NCBI GenBank assembly: GCA_010405405.1
Contig: MU004246.1
Span: forward strand, 434,001 to 498,000
From: Microthyrium microscopicum
Lineage: Eukaryota
DNA: 64,000 nucleotides
Direction: 5' to 3'
Below the pieces are notes generated by a model. The model did not search any database and had not been told where the DNA came from. It saw only the letters and a program-made list of their open reading frames with translations. Position 1 is the stretch's first letter. Every line of letters starts with the position of its first letter. Made by a program: the position numbers and the translations under genes. Shown one piece after another: positions 13,036 to 24,428 of this stretch.

Positions 13036-13799
13036 GATGAAAATAATATAGGGGTTGAAAATTTAATTGAATATGAAGCAGTTGTTTGTGATGGAAGTGG
13101 TTGGTTGAATGATACAATCTACATTGATGGGAGCAAGAGTCTTTATATCTATCTTCATATTCACAGTTTGTTACCAGTATTCTCACATGTTCGAATGTCC
13201 TCAACGCCGAGATTTGGAGCAAAATCTTTCGGCCGGGCAGCACTTCAGATGACCCAACGATAGTTTTGAGTCGCCCCAGAAACGTCTGATGCACGTCATA
13301 CCGTCGCGGCTCTTTGTGTCGAAACATTGTTTCGACACTAAAGTGCGCAAGAGCTGACTTTTGGGTTCACTAGTTCGTTTCTTCTATGATTTAAAGGCTC
13401 GGAAGATATCAGGTGTATTAAGATTGGCAGTATGCTAGACCTAAAGTTGTCTATAAAACTGGCCATAAGGCTGTCTTTGGACAAGAATCAATTAGTCTGC
13501 GGCGAACCATGTCAGACGATCACCAGTTGACGGATATGTAATGAAACAATTTTATTTTATTTCGCGCCTGAATGCGTCTATTTGATAAGGTTTTTCTGCA
13601 GCTATGGTAATAGGCAGCAACATATCGAGTTCCAAAGATGGGGTATGCAAGGTACCACTTTTTAGGTTTCTTAACCCGCTCATTATAACTCCATCACTAG
13701 AGCCTCGGATGCCACTTGCGTTCTCAGACCTCATGACGTTGTGATCATAAGATTCTTCACAAGATTACTCTTCACTTAACTGCATACAAGACTCGTTCA

Positions 13800-14597
13800 T
13801 CAATTTCCTACCCTCCAGTTGATGGCTGTGTTTTCAAACCTGGGCTTATATTTGGCAAGCCATTCAACTACCTCGCTGGCCGTAGCAGCTCGTGTCAACA
13901 CAGACAGGCTTACTGGATTCATGAAGTTCTCTGATACCGCGTGGTCAATCCACGACCATAGAGGATCATAGTAGCCCTTGACATTGAACAGAACAACTCC
14001 AACATTGATGAATCCTTTCTGAGCCCAAGAAGTAGTTTCGATTAATTCGTCCATGGTTCCAAATGCGCCTGGCATAGCAACAAAGCCACTTCCAGGTCCT
14101 CCTGCCATGACATGCCGATGCATGAGAAGTTTTCGAGTATGGATGTTGTTGACGAGAATAGATGTGCCTTGGTCCGTAATTTCTGTGGCTGGTCCTCCGC
14201 CAAAGGTCGGAACGACCCCAATGACGCTATCCGGTCCGGAAAGCTCTACTAGACGTTTGGATACTTCACCCATGAGACCGCCGGGACGGCCTCCAAAGAC
14301 AAGGATAGCATCGCTTTCGTGGAGTGCTTCTGCCAGCTCACGGGCCGCATTCTTGTAGGCGGCTCCTTTGCCGGGGGATACTCCACAACTGATCACCATT
14401 AGAATGATTATTGGGAGGGGCTGGTATAAATAAAACACTTACAAGACACATATTACCGGGTTCTTGTCCAGGCCTTTGCGGAGTTTGTAGGTGAACGGGT
14501 TCGTCACGACACTCGCGGTCTTGTGGTTCCATTCGACCTCCCATGGCCGTGCCTTGGCTGGTCGTAAGCTAAACTTCTTCTTCGCAGAAGGAGCCAT
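13800..14597 (-). CDS. LOG: LOG family (lysine decarboxylase-like / nucleotide phosphoribohydrolase, cytokinin-activating type)
   Basis: Exon 1 (ATG 14597) ends ICVF at a GTAAGT donor and splices to CGVSPGKG. Other motifs: LVFGGRPGGLMG, IHTRKLLM and PGAFGTMDEL (PGGxGTxxE-like). Confidence 0.88.
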
Positions 14598-15407
14598 AAG
14601 TGAACTTGATTTTGTATTATCTTGAATCTGAGTTGATAGACCGTGGAAAGTAAGAAGTGAAGATCTTGATCAGACGTCTCTCGCGCATACGAAATATTGC
14701 CCCTCTAGGCTCATCCTATGGAATGTTGATAGCCTGACCCAACAACGTGTGCAACCTTCAACTCTCAAACAATGAGCGAGTTGCTATCATGTGCTTGTAA
14801 GCTTGTTACATCACATTTTTATTCTATACATGTGTTATAAAAAGTCACGCCAAAGCTCATCGGGGACGCCGCAGAGCCTCAAGTTACCCTTAGCGGCTCA
14901 TCGTTGCAAAGTCATTTACAGCATACTTCCGTTAAGCCGTTGATCTACCGTGGTCCAGCAGGGCTTTTTGCCTCGTAGTCGATCAAAGAGCCTCTCGGGA
15001 GCAACGAAAGAGAAGTGAGAAGCTGAGATTACAGTGTTTGAGCCTGTGATGCCGCTTTGATCTTGAAATAGCAAGAATTCCACAAGACCAGTCACACTCT
15101 TGTCAAATGAAAGCTCTTTCACAATCGCCATATCGGTACTGAAGACATACCTACTAAGTAGGAAGTATCCAATCATTCCTGATGGAAGTGCAGATGAGTG
15201 CATCAGCGTAAAGAGCTCAACTGATCCCAGACTGCATGGTCGTAGTATTTTAGCCAGCCTTTAGTCGGGCCACAGCCCCATTCGAGGTGGATGACGCCTC
15301 TTCGAAAGCAGGTCCCGCGCCGCCTCAAAAACGCAAATGTCCTCTCTCGACTTGCACTCATCCTTCTTGGATCACCCTATGCTCAAGATATTGTAATATA
15401 TCTCAAC

Positions 15408-16280
15408 ATGTCGCCCAAAACCGAGAATTCACCAGACGAGCACCTTATTGGTGCTGCCATATTCGCAAAATACTTTAAGCAATATCCCATGGACTTGGAC
15501 CCTCATCCTGGCGTTACTCCAGCCTCTGACGAATTTCGACAGTTTGCTGAAGCACATAGTGATCCAGTAGGCTTGGACTGGGGTCTGGACACATTCTGCA
15601 AGGAATTTCCCCAAGGTATTGATTTTGCACTGCAGGTCTACCTCAAGGCGTCTTCCTCCGACAGAAATGCAAACCTCGCGGATGTCAAGCTCTCAGAACA
15701 ATACCTAATTCCTCTACGACACGATGTCGGAAATTGCGCGACATATTACAAGGGAGGGTCTGGACCAGAGCACGTCGGAAGAGAGGTTTTATGGCTGACA
15801 CCTAGCGGTGAGGATACCGATGAATCCTGTAACCTATACTTCAGAAAACAAGAAGTGCAGACGGACCTCAAGGCAGTCATCGAGAGAACAAAGTGCCTCC
15901 AAGAGCTTAGACTATCAATCATAGTACTCCAAGCAATGCGTGGAAGAACTCATGCTATGGGCATCCTTCCATCACTACCTGGAAGTCTTCGATGGATTGG
16001 TCATCATCTGGACCCTTTTCCTTACAATTGGACTAAAGCCGACTTTATCGCTATCTGTGTTCTTGTACGCGCGGGTGGGAAGTCGCTGTTGGAAAGTATA
16101 CCCTCTGATGAGGAGAGACAGACACAGCTTGAGAGCTGGAAAGATCGTTTCTCAGCGTTCCTATATACCGACAAGCCGGATGGTCAGACCTCCGCGCCTA
16201 ACAAAGATGGTGATTTTGTGATCAAGGCTCATGCTGCGGTAAGATTGGCGGTAGATGCTCTGAAGTCATCCAGAGGCTAA
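15408..16280 (+). CDS. Hypothetical protein (~290 aa), no recognised family
   Basis: Long uninterrupted ORF with globular-protein composition; the start codon is uncertain (15291 or 15408). Confidence 0.6.
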   Translation: MSPKTENSPDEHLIGAAIFAKYFKQYPMDLDPHPGVTPASDEFRQFAEAHSDPVGLDWGLDTFCKEFPQGIDFALQVYLKASSSDRNANLADVKLSEQYLIPLRHDVGNCATYYKGGSGPEHVGREVLWLTPSGEDTDESCNLYFRKQEVQTDLKAVIERTKCLQELRLSIIVLQAMRGRTHAMGILPSLPGSLRWIGHHLDPFPYNWTKADFIAICVLVRAGGKSLLESIPSDEERQTQLESWKDRFSAFLYTDKPDGQTSAPNKDGDFVIKAHAAVRLAVDALKSSRG

Positions 16281-16515
16281 CACAAAAGTAGTTGGTACTG
16301 GACAATTTAGTTCGAGGACCGTGGAACGAGAGCAGCAAGGAAATCTTCGAACCGAGTACATGGGTGTTTTGATTGGAGGATTTGTCATTTTGGTCCTGTC
16401 TAATGTTGCTAGGGGGTCGAGAATAGAAGATAGCTGGGGGGAGAAATCCTACGAGCGATTGGGCGCAGTTTTGAGGGCGGATTATGTGACTACTAAAGCT
16501 TGGCAAGTTAATTAG

Positions 16516-16662
16516 CTTGGCCTCTCTAGCCTAAGGAGGCCCGTCTAGTAGGACGGTAGGACCCCAAAGCGAAGCGAAGGGCTAAAGTATAGTTAAGAAG
16601 ACGAGATCAGATCTGTTTAGATTCTTGGCCTCTCCGGCCTGAGGAGGCCCGTCCGGCAGGAC
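16516..16662. repeat. 39-bp direct repeat pair (16516..16554 and 16624..16662); the first copy carries RIP-like transitions
   Basis: cttggcctctcTAgcctAaggaggcccgtcTAgTaggac vs cttggcctctcCGgcctGaggaggcccgtcCGgCaggac: 6 differences, all C>T or G>A in copy 1. Confidence 0.85.
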
Positions 16663-16985
16663 ATTCAAAACCATAAAATACGATTGAATAGCGGCCGCCA
16701 GTTAATCAAGTTATGAAGAGGCCAGCCTCTTCCCTCGGGGGCACCACGGACTACGTATTTTCTGCGTACTACGATTTTATTTCTTCAAATCATTGCCGGA
16801 AAAGACTGTCTCTACCCAAATACACAATACCTAGTTCTTGAAATACCCCGAATTGAAACTTTATCCGATCAACTGCTCTCTTTGCCTTGCATCCGCATCT
16901 CACCCATTCTCTTTGCCCTGCTGGCCCCTTTCCATTCCTCAGTGGGCTTTGTCAGTTTCCATGCCATCTGACACGATTTGGAGAT

Positions 16986-17487
16986 CTACTGAGCGCAGTT
17001 CGGAACACGATCAATTTTGACAAGGCATTGATCCACTGATCGCAATGTTGTACCACAATGGGTGCAATGTCCGTTATCGCGTATCTCGTTGTAGGCATCC
17101 ATGAGCTGTCGACCGGTTCCCGAGCATGAGCCCTTGAAAAAAATGCCACAAGTACCAGAGCAGACCCCGGAATAGTTCTTTCTAAGAGATAATCAATACG
17201 CAATTTGCACAAAGTGTAGGAATCTTAGCCAAAGCTTACCCTTTGTCAGCATCATAAGTGTTTGTGGGGTCAATCTTCTGATATGCAACATCACAAGAAG
17301 CGCCGAGTAGCTCGCAGAAAGCCGACCCAGAGCAGTTCGTGCTTTCCCACTCGTTGGAAGCACGCTTAAGGACAGCGCCAGGATTTTCAGAGCTGGCAAA
17401 GGAAGCTGCATCTGCGGAACCAGTGGGGATAGCATGAGAAATGCCAATGGCTGTGAAAAGTATAGTAAAGATAGCGGAGAAAAGCAT
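16986..17487 (-). CDS. Small secreted cysteine-rich protein, KP4 killer-toxin-like (147 aa, 10 Cys)
   Basis: Signal peptide, Kex2-type LKR site and NCSGSAFC. Intron 17239..17182 leads to KNYSGVCSGTCGIFFKGSCSGTGRQLMDAYNEIRDNGHCTHCGTTLRSVDQCLVKIDRVPNCAQ*. This follows the KP4 pattern (NCxGSxxC ... C.F ... G.CxxCG ... terminal beta strand). Confidence 0.75.
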
Positions 17488-18673
17488 GGTGGTTGAAGGC
17501 TTGTAATATCTGAGGATATGAACGAGACTTTCAGTATGGAGCGATGATTTATGAAGAAATGATGAATGACAAGAATGTGCTGGGCTGAATTCAACACATA
17601 ACTAGAGCGTTGACGTCCATTATATACCCAACGAGTCTACGCACAGATTGTTTCCAGAAAGACCGGCCTTGAGCTGAGTGTAATGATGCGTTAGCCAGCA
17701 TTCGACGACTGACTGAAAGTTCAGTACTCGCCTCAAATTGTGCATGGTAAGCCGCTTTCCAAAATCTCACCATTAATTAATCGCTCAGGAGGGCATTAAG
17801 AATTGTCAAACATCTTTTGTACTTCTTGCTACGCTTGCATCGACCTTGCCGCACTCTTGAGTGTTTCTGTTAGGTTGTTGGTGCAGTTGGTGGAGTTGGT
17901 GGCGGCGACAAACGGCAACCATCACACGGCTAGACCATCGCCGTAGCATGAGGAATAGCATCATGGGCTCTTGAAATGCTAGATGTACTCCGGAATGAAC
18001 GATAGCCGCTGAAGATACTTGAAACACTATGACTACACGTCCTCTTTGCTGGACCCATTTTGAAGGTGTCGCCAATGCTATCACAGCCTCGCCACATCTA
18101 CCATCGAGTTGGCAAACTTCAAGGCTCAATGCATGCGGCAAAGTCTTTATGGAGAGTAACCCGTTCATGATAAGGTTCGGAGATGAGCGCGTACAGAAAC
18201 GGACTCAAATCCTGCAGAGCCGATTATCAGTCTTCAGATAATCCAATGGCTTTGGGATACCAATGATCAACTGTTCTTTCCAAGCTTAGCCATTCTCCTT
18301 GGTTTGCTAAGTTGGTCCTGCCGGCTTTGGAGGCATTGCCCTGGCTAAAAGACCCATTTGAACTCCTTCAAATGTTCTAATATGATATTCTGTTAGGTTA
18401 ATGGCTTGTGAGTGGTCGAAAAGCGCTCATGATCGGTTTCAGGACGCAACATTCGAGGTCGATTCATTGAAGGATACTGAGAGGCGAAGTAGTCAGTCTC
18501 ACACGCTCCGAGGCTCCACGAGATTGCTCCTCACGTAGCATTGAACACCAGGTATAAAGTAGAGCGAGTCGCTGTTGATTAGTGTCATACATCATTCAAG
18601 TTACTATTCACTTCACCATCTTTATCTATCATTATTCCCGTTGCTTTCTAGTCATCTTACAGCCTATTCAATC

Positions 18674-19351
18674 ATGAAGTTTTGGAACATTCTTTCAGTA
18701 TCATTTGTTAGCCAACTTGGGACGCTTGTAGCAGCTTCCGCAGATGGATTTCCAGCTACTGGAGTCAATTGCGCAGATCGTATGTTGTTTTTCTGAATCC
18801 TCCATTGGTAGAAGGTCAATATACTAACCACAACAGAACTTGCAACTAATCCAGATGCTCCCGCAGCCACATTCAATACACAATATCTGATCGACAATTA
18901 TTCGGATTGGGTGCCACTTCCCGTCTCGAAAAAGTACGTTGGAGCATGAACACCCGTGTGGAGCGCTTTTGGGCACAATTGCTAATGCTGCTACTTCATA
19001 GACGAAAGGGCAACTATCCAGGACCATTTAAATTCTACTCTGAAGCTTCTAAGACGTTTACTTTCTCGAATGGATGCCGCGAGCGAGCCCAAGATGAAAG
19101 GGAGACAATCCTGGAAATGCCTATGGTCATTAGAAATGGCGTACCTGTGAAGTGGAGCGATCCAGCTGCAGGGCTGAGAAATCCGGGACCATGGAGGGTA
19201 GATTGCAGACTTCCTAAGACTCTAGAATAGAGAAACTGACAAGGCTTAGCAATATTTCATTCTGAAGGATGGCGTAGTTACACACTGTGGCGCTGCAATC
19301 CACACCTCGAAGACCGACCCCGACACTTTTGCAATGTGTACTGATGAGTGA
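18674..19351 (+). CDS. Small secreted RNase T1/N1-fold (ribotoxin-like) protein, 166 aa
   Basis: Four exons (18674-18779, 18837-18933, 19002-19197, 19250-19351) splice in frame. Signal peptide plus motifs NYPGPF, ILEMP, PGPWRQYF, HCGAAIHT and F..C align with RNase T1 YPHKY, YEWP, PGADRVVF, GVITHT and FVEC. Confidence 0.78.
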
Positions 19352-19899
19352 GTACAGGGAGGTCACAAACGAAGCTACTAGGGCTACGTGGTTTACTATG
19401 TAACGTTTCGAAGGTCAGCAGTTGGATTGAGGTGGAGATGTTCTGTTTTCAGTGCGGTATTGTTGTATTTTCATGAGACTCTGTTTGCGAGAATGGCCTG
19501 ATGCTCTGCCGCAAAGTAGTGTTCGCACGCATTCAACAAAGGTGATCAAAGTGTATGCATTCGCTAGAAATTTCATTTTGTTGTCTTCATAAATGTCAGA
19601 TGTTGTGGGATGTTCGAAAAGTGCTGTGCTCATGGTAACACAAGTCGCTGAAAAAAGGTTTGCAGATAAACGCGCTGCAGGTGGTACAAGCAGGGCACAA
19701 GCAGGGATGAAGGCCTTGGAAACGCGGCCCGCACCGGACCTGACTGCACAATTTTAAGCTTTTAACGCCACCTGCAGAAATTTTGACGCGTTGCGCGCGG
19801 AATCCCTTAACCTCTCCACGCTCTAGATGGACGGTGCATTAGTGCGCGGACACCTTACTCAAGACAGTAATGAAAATACGCCTCAGCCCCGGAAACACA

Positions 19900-20625
19900 C
19901 CTAAAATTACCCCTTTATATACAAATTCTTTAGACGCTAGTAGCTAACAGCTAGCTTTATTACTAGCTAATAGGCTTTATTAACTAAAGCTTTAACGTCT
20001 AGAGAAGTTAAGGGATTTTAAAGAAGACTTACCTTTTAAACTTTTATTTTAAAATTATAAAGTATTTAGGTATTTTAAGCCTTGTTCTATAAGGCTATAC
20101 TAAGGTATAAGTTAAATAATCTATATAGGTTAACTTAAAAAATATAGGTTTTAAATATTAAGTTAAGTTTTAAAAAAAAGTTATAAAATTTAAACTTAAT
20201 TTAAACTAAATAAAATTATTATAAGTTAAACTTAAAAAATCTATATAAATCTATATAAAACTTATTAAATTAAGTTAAAAAAGTACTAAAAAACTAGTAG
20301 TAAAATATAATTAATAAATACTATACTAAACTTTTTAAATTAATTTAAATTACGTAGTATTAGTTTTCTATTTAGATTATTTATTAATAAATATAGTTTA
20401 TAAGCTAGATTTATAAAATCTAAATTTACTTAAATTAGATTATAATATTATAAAATCTAATTTATCTAAGTTTTAGAAATATTTAGAAAAACTTATACTT
20501 AATTTAACTTAATCTATATCTTAGTATATATAAGACTATAACTATCTAAGTAGGTAGGTAGCTAACGTTCCTAGCGCTAAGTTAAATCTTAATTGTTAAG
20601 ATTACTTCTAATAAGCTTTAAACAT
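19900..20625. mobile_element. AT-rich, TpA-saturated island: probable RIP-degraded transposable-element relic
   Basis: Abrupt fall in GC content, with abundant TA/TAA/TAG, near absence of CA/TG dinucleotides and no ORFs. Boundaries are approximate and the element family is unrecognisable. Confidence 0.8.
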
Positions 20626-21095
20626 ACATGCTACTATACGAAGCAGAAGACGCTAAAGAGTGTCTGTACCGTAGTGCCTGGAATGTACGTTAGCCCTGCG
20701 TCGCTGCATAGTGGTCCCAAGCGCCGCGCGCGTGTGCAGGTATATACTAGGTACTTAGCAAAACGGAAGCCAACTGTCTTCAGAGCAAGCACACACCACT
20801 GCTTGAGTCCTAGTGGCGGTTCGTTGTTTCCGAGTCTGCAGAGCGTGCTCGCTGTGAGCTATTTTGAGTTACTGTGCCGCGTTCACAACAGGAGTGATCG
20901 CAATGTCGGTTGCATACATTAGGTACATCACAGATCACCAGTCACATTTACAAGTCAGCTCCGTTAATCTCCTGGCGTTGGTTCTCCCTGTTCTCTCGTC
21001 AAGCAAATTTCTTGTTCATTTTTCTACTACTTTGCTCGATCTAAAGCTTTTCTTTCCACCCATAGGATATAACAAATATAATCTGTCTACGCGCA

Positions 21096-22781
21096 ATGTC
21101 TGACCACACAGAAGATCACCTTCTCCGTCGTTCTTCTTTAGCAAGTAGTTCGTCTTCTCATGATGGCCAGGATTTCAACTATGGCCCAAACGTCAAACTT
21201 CTTTCTGCTTATCCACATACGCACTTCCTTCACACAGTGCTCAGGAGAATCACATTTCCTTTCCAAATATGTTTTCGCACACAAAACAGCCGCGGATATT
21301 CAATCTCGTCCCACACACCAACTTCACTTACACTGCTGTTTAAAAGCCTGAGCTGGATCTTCGCCTTTTTGGTTGCTCTTTCAATACTGAGGGGTATCCT
21401 TTTTCCGTCTTACGCCAATCCTCCACCGCATTATAGACTGCTTAATGAAGCTATCAGTAGCTCATCTTACGAAGGACGGGGCAACATCAAGGGCGAGAGT
21501 GTCTTCATCGCTGCGAACATAATACAAGAGGATTTAATTAAAGGACAATGGGGCTTGTCTCTTCTAGAGTTAGTCCACCTACTCGGCCCAGAGAATGTTT
21601 TTGTCAGCATATATGAAAACGATAGCGGCCCAGGGACAGCAGCTGCTCTTGAAGAGCTAAAGGCCAAGCTCCCATGTAAGTACATGCTCATCAACTTCGA
21701 TATCGTGGCCTACGTAAGTACCTAGCTGATTATATTAGGTGACTTTTCTATTGTTACCAATGCCCACGTCTCGCTTGACAATTACCCAAAAGTATACTTA
21801 CCAAATGGCAACGCACGTGTCAAGCGCCTTGCCTATCTTTCAGACCTTCGAAACCGACTGCTGTGGCCTTTAGAACATCCAGAAAGTCACATTGGCGCTC
21901 AAATCAACCATACATCGACCAGCTTCAACCGCATCCTCTTCCTGAATGATGTTTATTTCAGCCCTATAGATGCCATACATCTGCTTTTCTCAACGAACGA
22001 AGCTAATTACAGTATCGCATGCGCTGCTGACTTCATTTCTTCGGTCATGTTCTACGATACTTTTGTTGTTCGAGACAATGAAGGCTATGGGATGGGATTC
22101 ATGTTCTTTCCGTGGTTCACATCCCAGGGCCTCAGCCGCGGTGATGTTCTTGCTGAGAGCGATGCCGTTCGAGTCCGCAGCTGTTGGGGAGGAATGGCTT
22201 CGTACGACGCCACGCCTTTTCTCACACCCGATGCTATGCACAGCGCGACATCACACTACCCGTCAATTAATGGAACAACGCTGCAACCATTGCGATTCAG
22301 GCATGACCCTGAAGTCTTCTGGGAGTCGGCCGAATGCTGTCTAATCAACGCCGACTTTGCGCATCGCGAACCGAGCGCGACGAGTCGTATCTTCCTCAAC
22401 CCTTACATCCGCGTAGCTTACACCGCTAGAAGCTGGTACTGGCTATCAACCATCCGCCGTTTTGAACGTTCTTTTGCGATTTTGCAGTATGTTGTCAGCG
22501 CGATCGGCTACCCTGAATACAACGCCCGACGGACTGAACGGCCAGGACATCCTAGCACGCAACGCCGATGGCTCTACACAGATGCGAGCCTCAATGGGGA
22601 GGAGCTCGGAAGAGCCAGCCTTGAGCATGCTGAAAAAATAGTGGGAAAATGGGTAGATAAGAAGGAGATAGCGCAGCCAGGTGGCTTCTGTGGTCAGAAA
22701 CGACTGTTTGTTATGAAGCCAAATCTCGAGGAGACAAATAAACAAGGGAGTCGTAATTGGGAACAAATAGCTGTACCATAA
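21096..22781 (+). CDS. Glycosyltransferase family 69 (CAP59/cryptococcal mannosyltransferase 1-like)
   Basis: Type II TM anchor and motifs VFVSIYENDSG, RLAYLSDLRN, ILFLNDVYF, ACAADF, FYDTFVVRD, VRSCWGGMA and SAECCLINAD. Intron 21676..21738. Confidence 0.92.
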
Positions 22782-24428
22782 ATATACGATGGTATTCAAA
22801 TGAATCGTGTGTTTGAGGCTCAATGTCATCTATACGCCCGCCTCCATTTAATTCTGTCGGCCTCATCCCAGTGAGCTACTGCTGTTCTAGCATTGCGCTT
22901 AGAGCAATGGCTTCTGTCCCCATCTGCTTCTTGACCCATGCGCTAGTAAGCTCTGTGAGGAACCGCATTTCGGTTGCTATAGCAGGTGGTAGGACTCAGC
23001 CTCACCTTCAATTTGCCATCACGAACAGCGTTGGTTTAGTATATCGATTTATGACCAAATCAATATTGTATGGCAGAGATTGAGAGACTGAAATCTGTCC
23101 CCATAGTTTAAATCAAAAGGCATATATGAGTTGTTTGTACTGCGACCACAAGTTTAAACTCTTTTTAGGTATCAACGATCAAATCATGAAGGTTCAACTG
23201 ATCTGAAAGACTCAAGGTACCATATCGAAAGCATACTATTTGCAACTAAAGGTGCTGTACTGAGATTTTTCTTCGCAATCAGCATGCAAAGTCTGTTTCG
23301 AGAAGGGCTTGATGTCAAGGTGCTACGCCTCAATTTAATACTAATTGTAAACCTTTAGAGTAGATCAACTATCAGGAAGGGGCACGAAACTTTAAATTCT
23401 AGCAAGAGTCAATTCTACCTAGATAAGGAAAGCAGCCGCCGCAGTTTGCCTCTTTCATGTCGAAAATGATTCACCTGTAGCATTTGGTTTGTTGCAAGCG
23501 CCCAGAGTGCTGAGGCGGTTTCAAACGATGATCGAGCATGACATGCTTTTTTGCATCTACGCTCAGGCATGGTTAGGAAGGATCAAACACAGGCTAACTG
23601 CTACCAACTCCCGAAAGGATATAATTGGCTCGTGATTGTAGGTCGACAGGATATCATGTCTGTTATTCAATCCTCAGTTCGCTGCGACCTTACACATGCT
23701 GATGTATTGGCTACACTCTAATGCTTGAAACTACTGTGCTTCGAGCGTAAAAGGGGCGAGGATTCAAGGAAAGGTTACTAACAACCTTTGGTCAGTTTGT
23801 CCTACATTATACAAATCAGTCCGAGTAAAACTACGGATTGAGGACGACTGTCATATATTGTTGGTTTTAGCTAGAGATCATCGGCGGCTAACAAGGTGTC
23901 TGGACTAAACGCTACATCATCGCGCCTCTAACGGTCTAACCTGTGCCGCAAATTACCAGATGACTACCTACCTTGTACCCAAGTCAGTGCCTGCCAGTAA
24001 ACACAACGGAAGGTAGCTGACAGAATTCTGGACAAGAAGCCTTCATGTCGTAGGTCTATCCAATGTCTCTTGATACGACGAAGGATCATTTGCCATGAAT
24101 CAGTTAGTGTCAGCCTGGCCTGTTTAATCATCGTGGTAGGCCGCGGTAGTACACTATCAATACTTTTACGCATTCCAGCGAGTTAGTTATGCTTGCGAAG
24201 TTCTTGATGTTTCTCTCTAATTCTATAACGACAGTCATCGGATGATATTAATCTCAGCGGCGCAGGTTGTCCTCTAAGCCTTGTACGCGCTGTTTCTATT
24301 TGTGTGTCTTGAGACCCGACTATTACAAGTATTAAGTGTGTGGCTTGAGCAATGATAGCAATGATCAGACCAGAGGCATTACCCACCATTCCACTAATCA
24401 TCTTTCAATATATTCAATACCAGAGCGC

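Noticed and set aside
19836..20678. Possible terminal inverted repeats around the AT-rich island (gcattagtgcgcggacac vs the reverse complement near 20660-20678)
   Set aside because: Only about 12 of 18 positions match, with transversions and no clear target-site duplication; too weak to call.
2500..21000. Starship or other giant mobile element carrying the accessory block
   Set aside because: No tyrosine-recombinase captain, transposase or defined boundaries are visible in the window.
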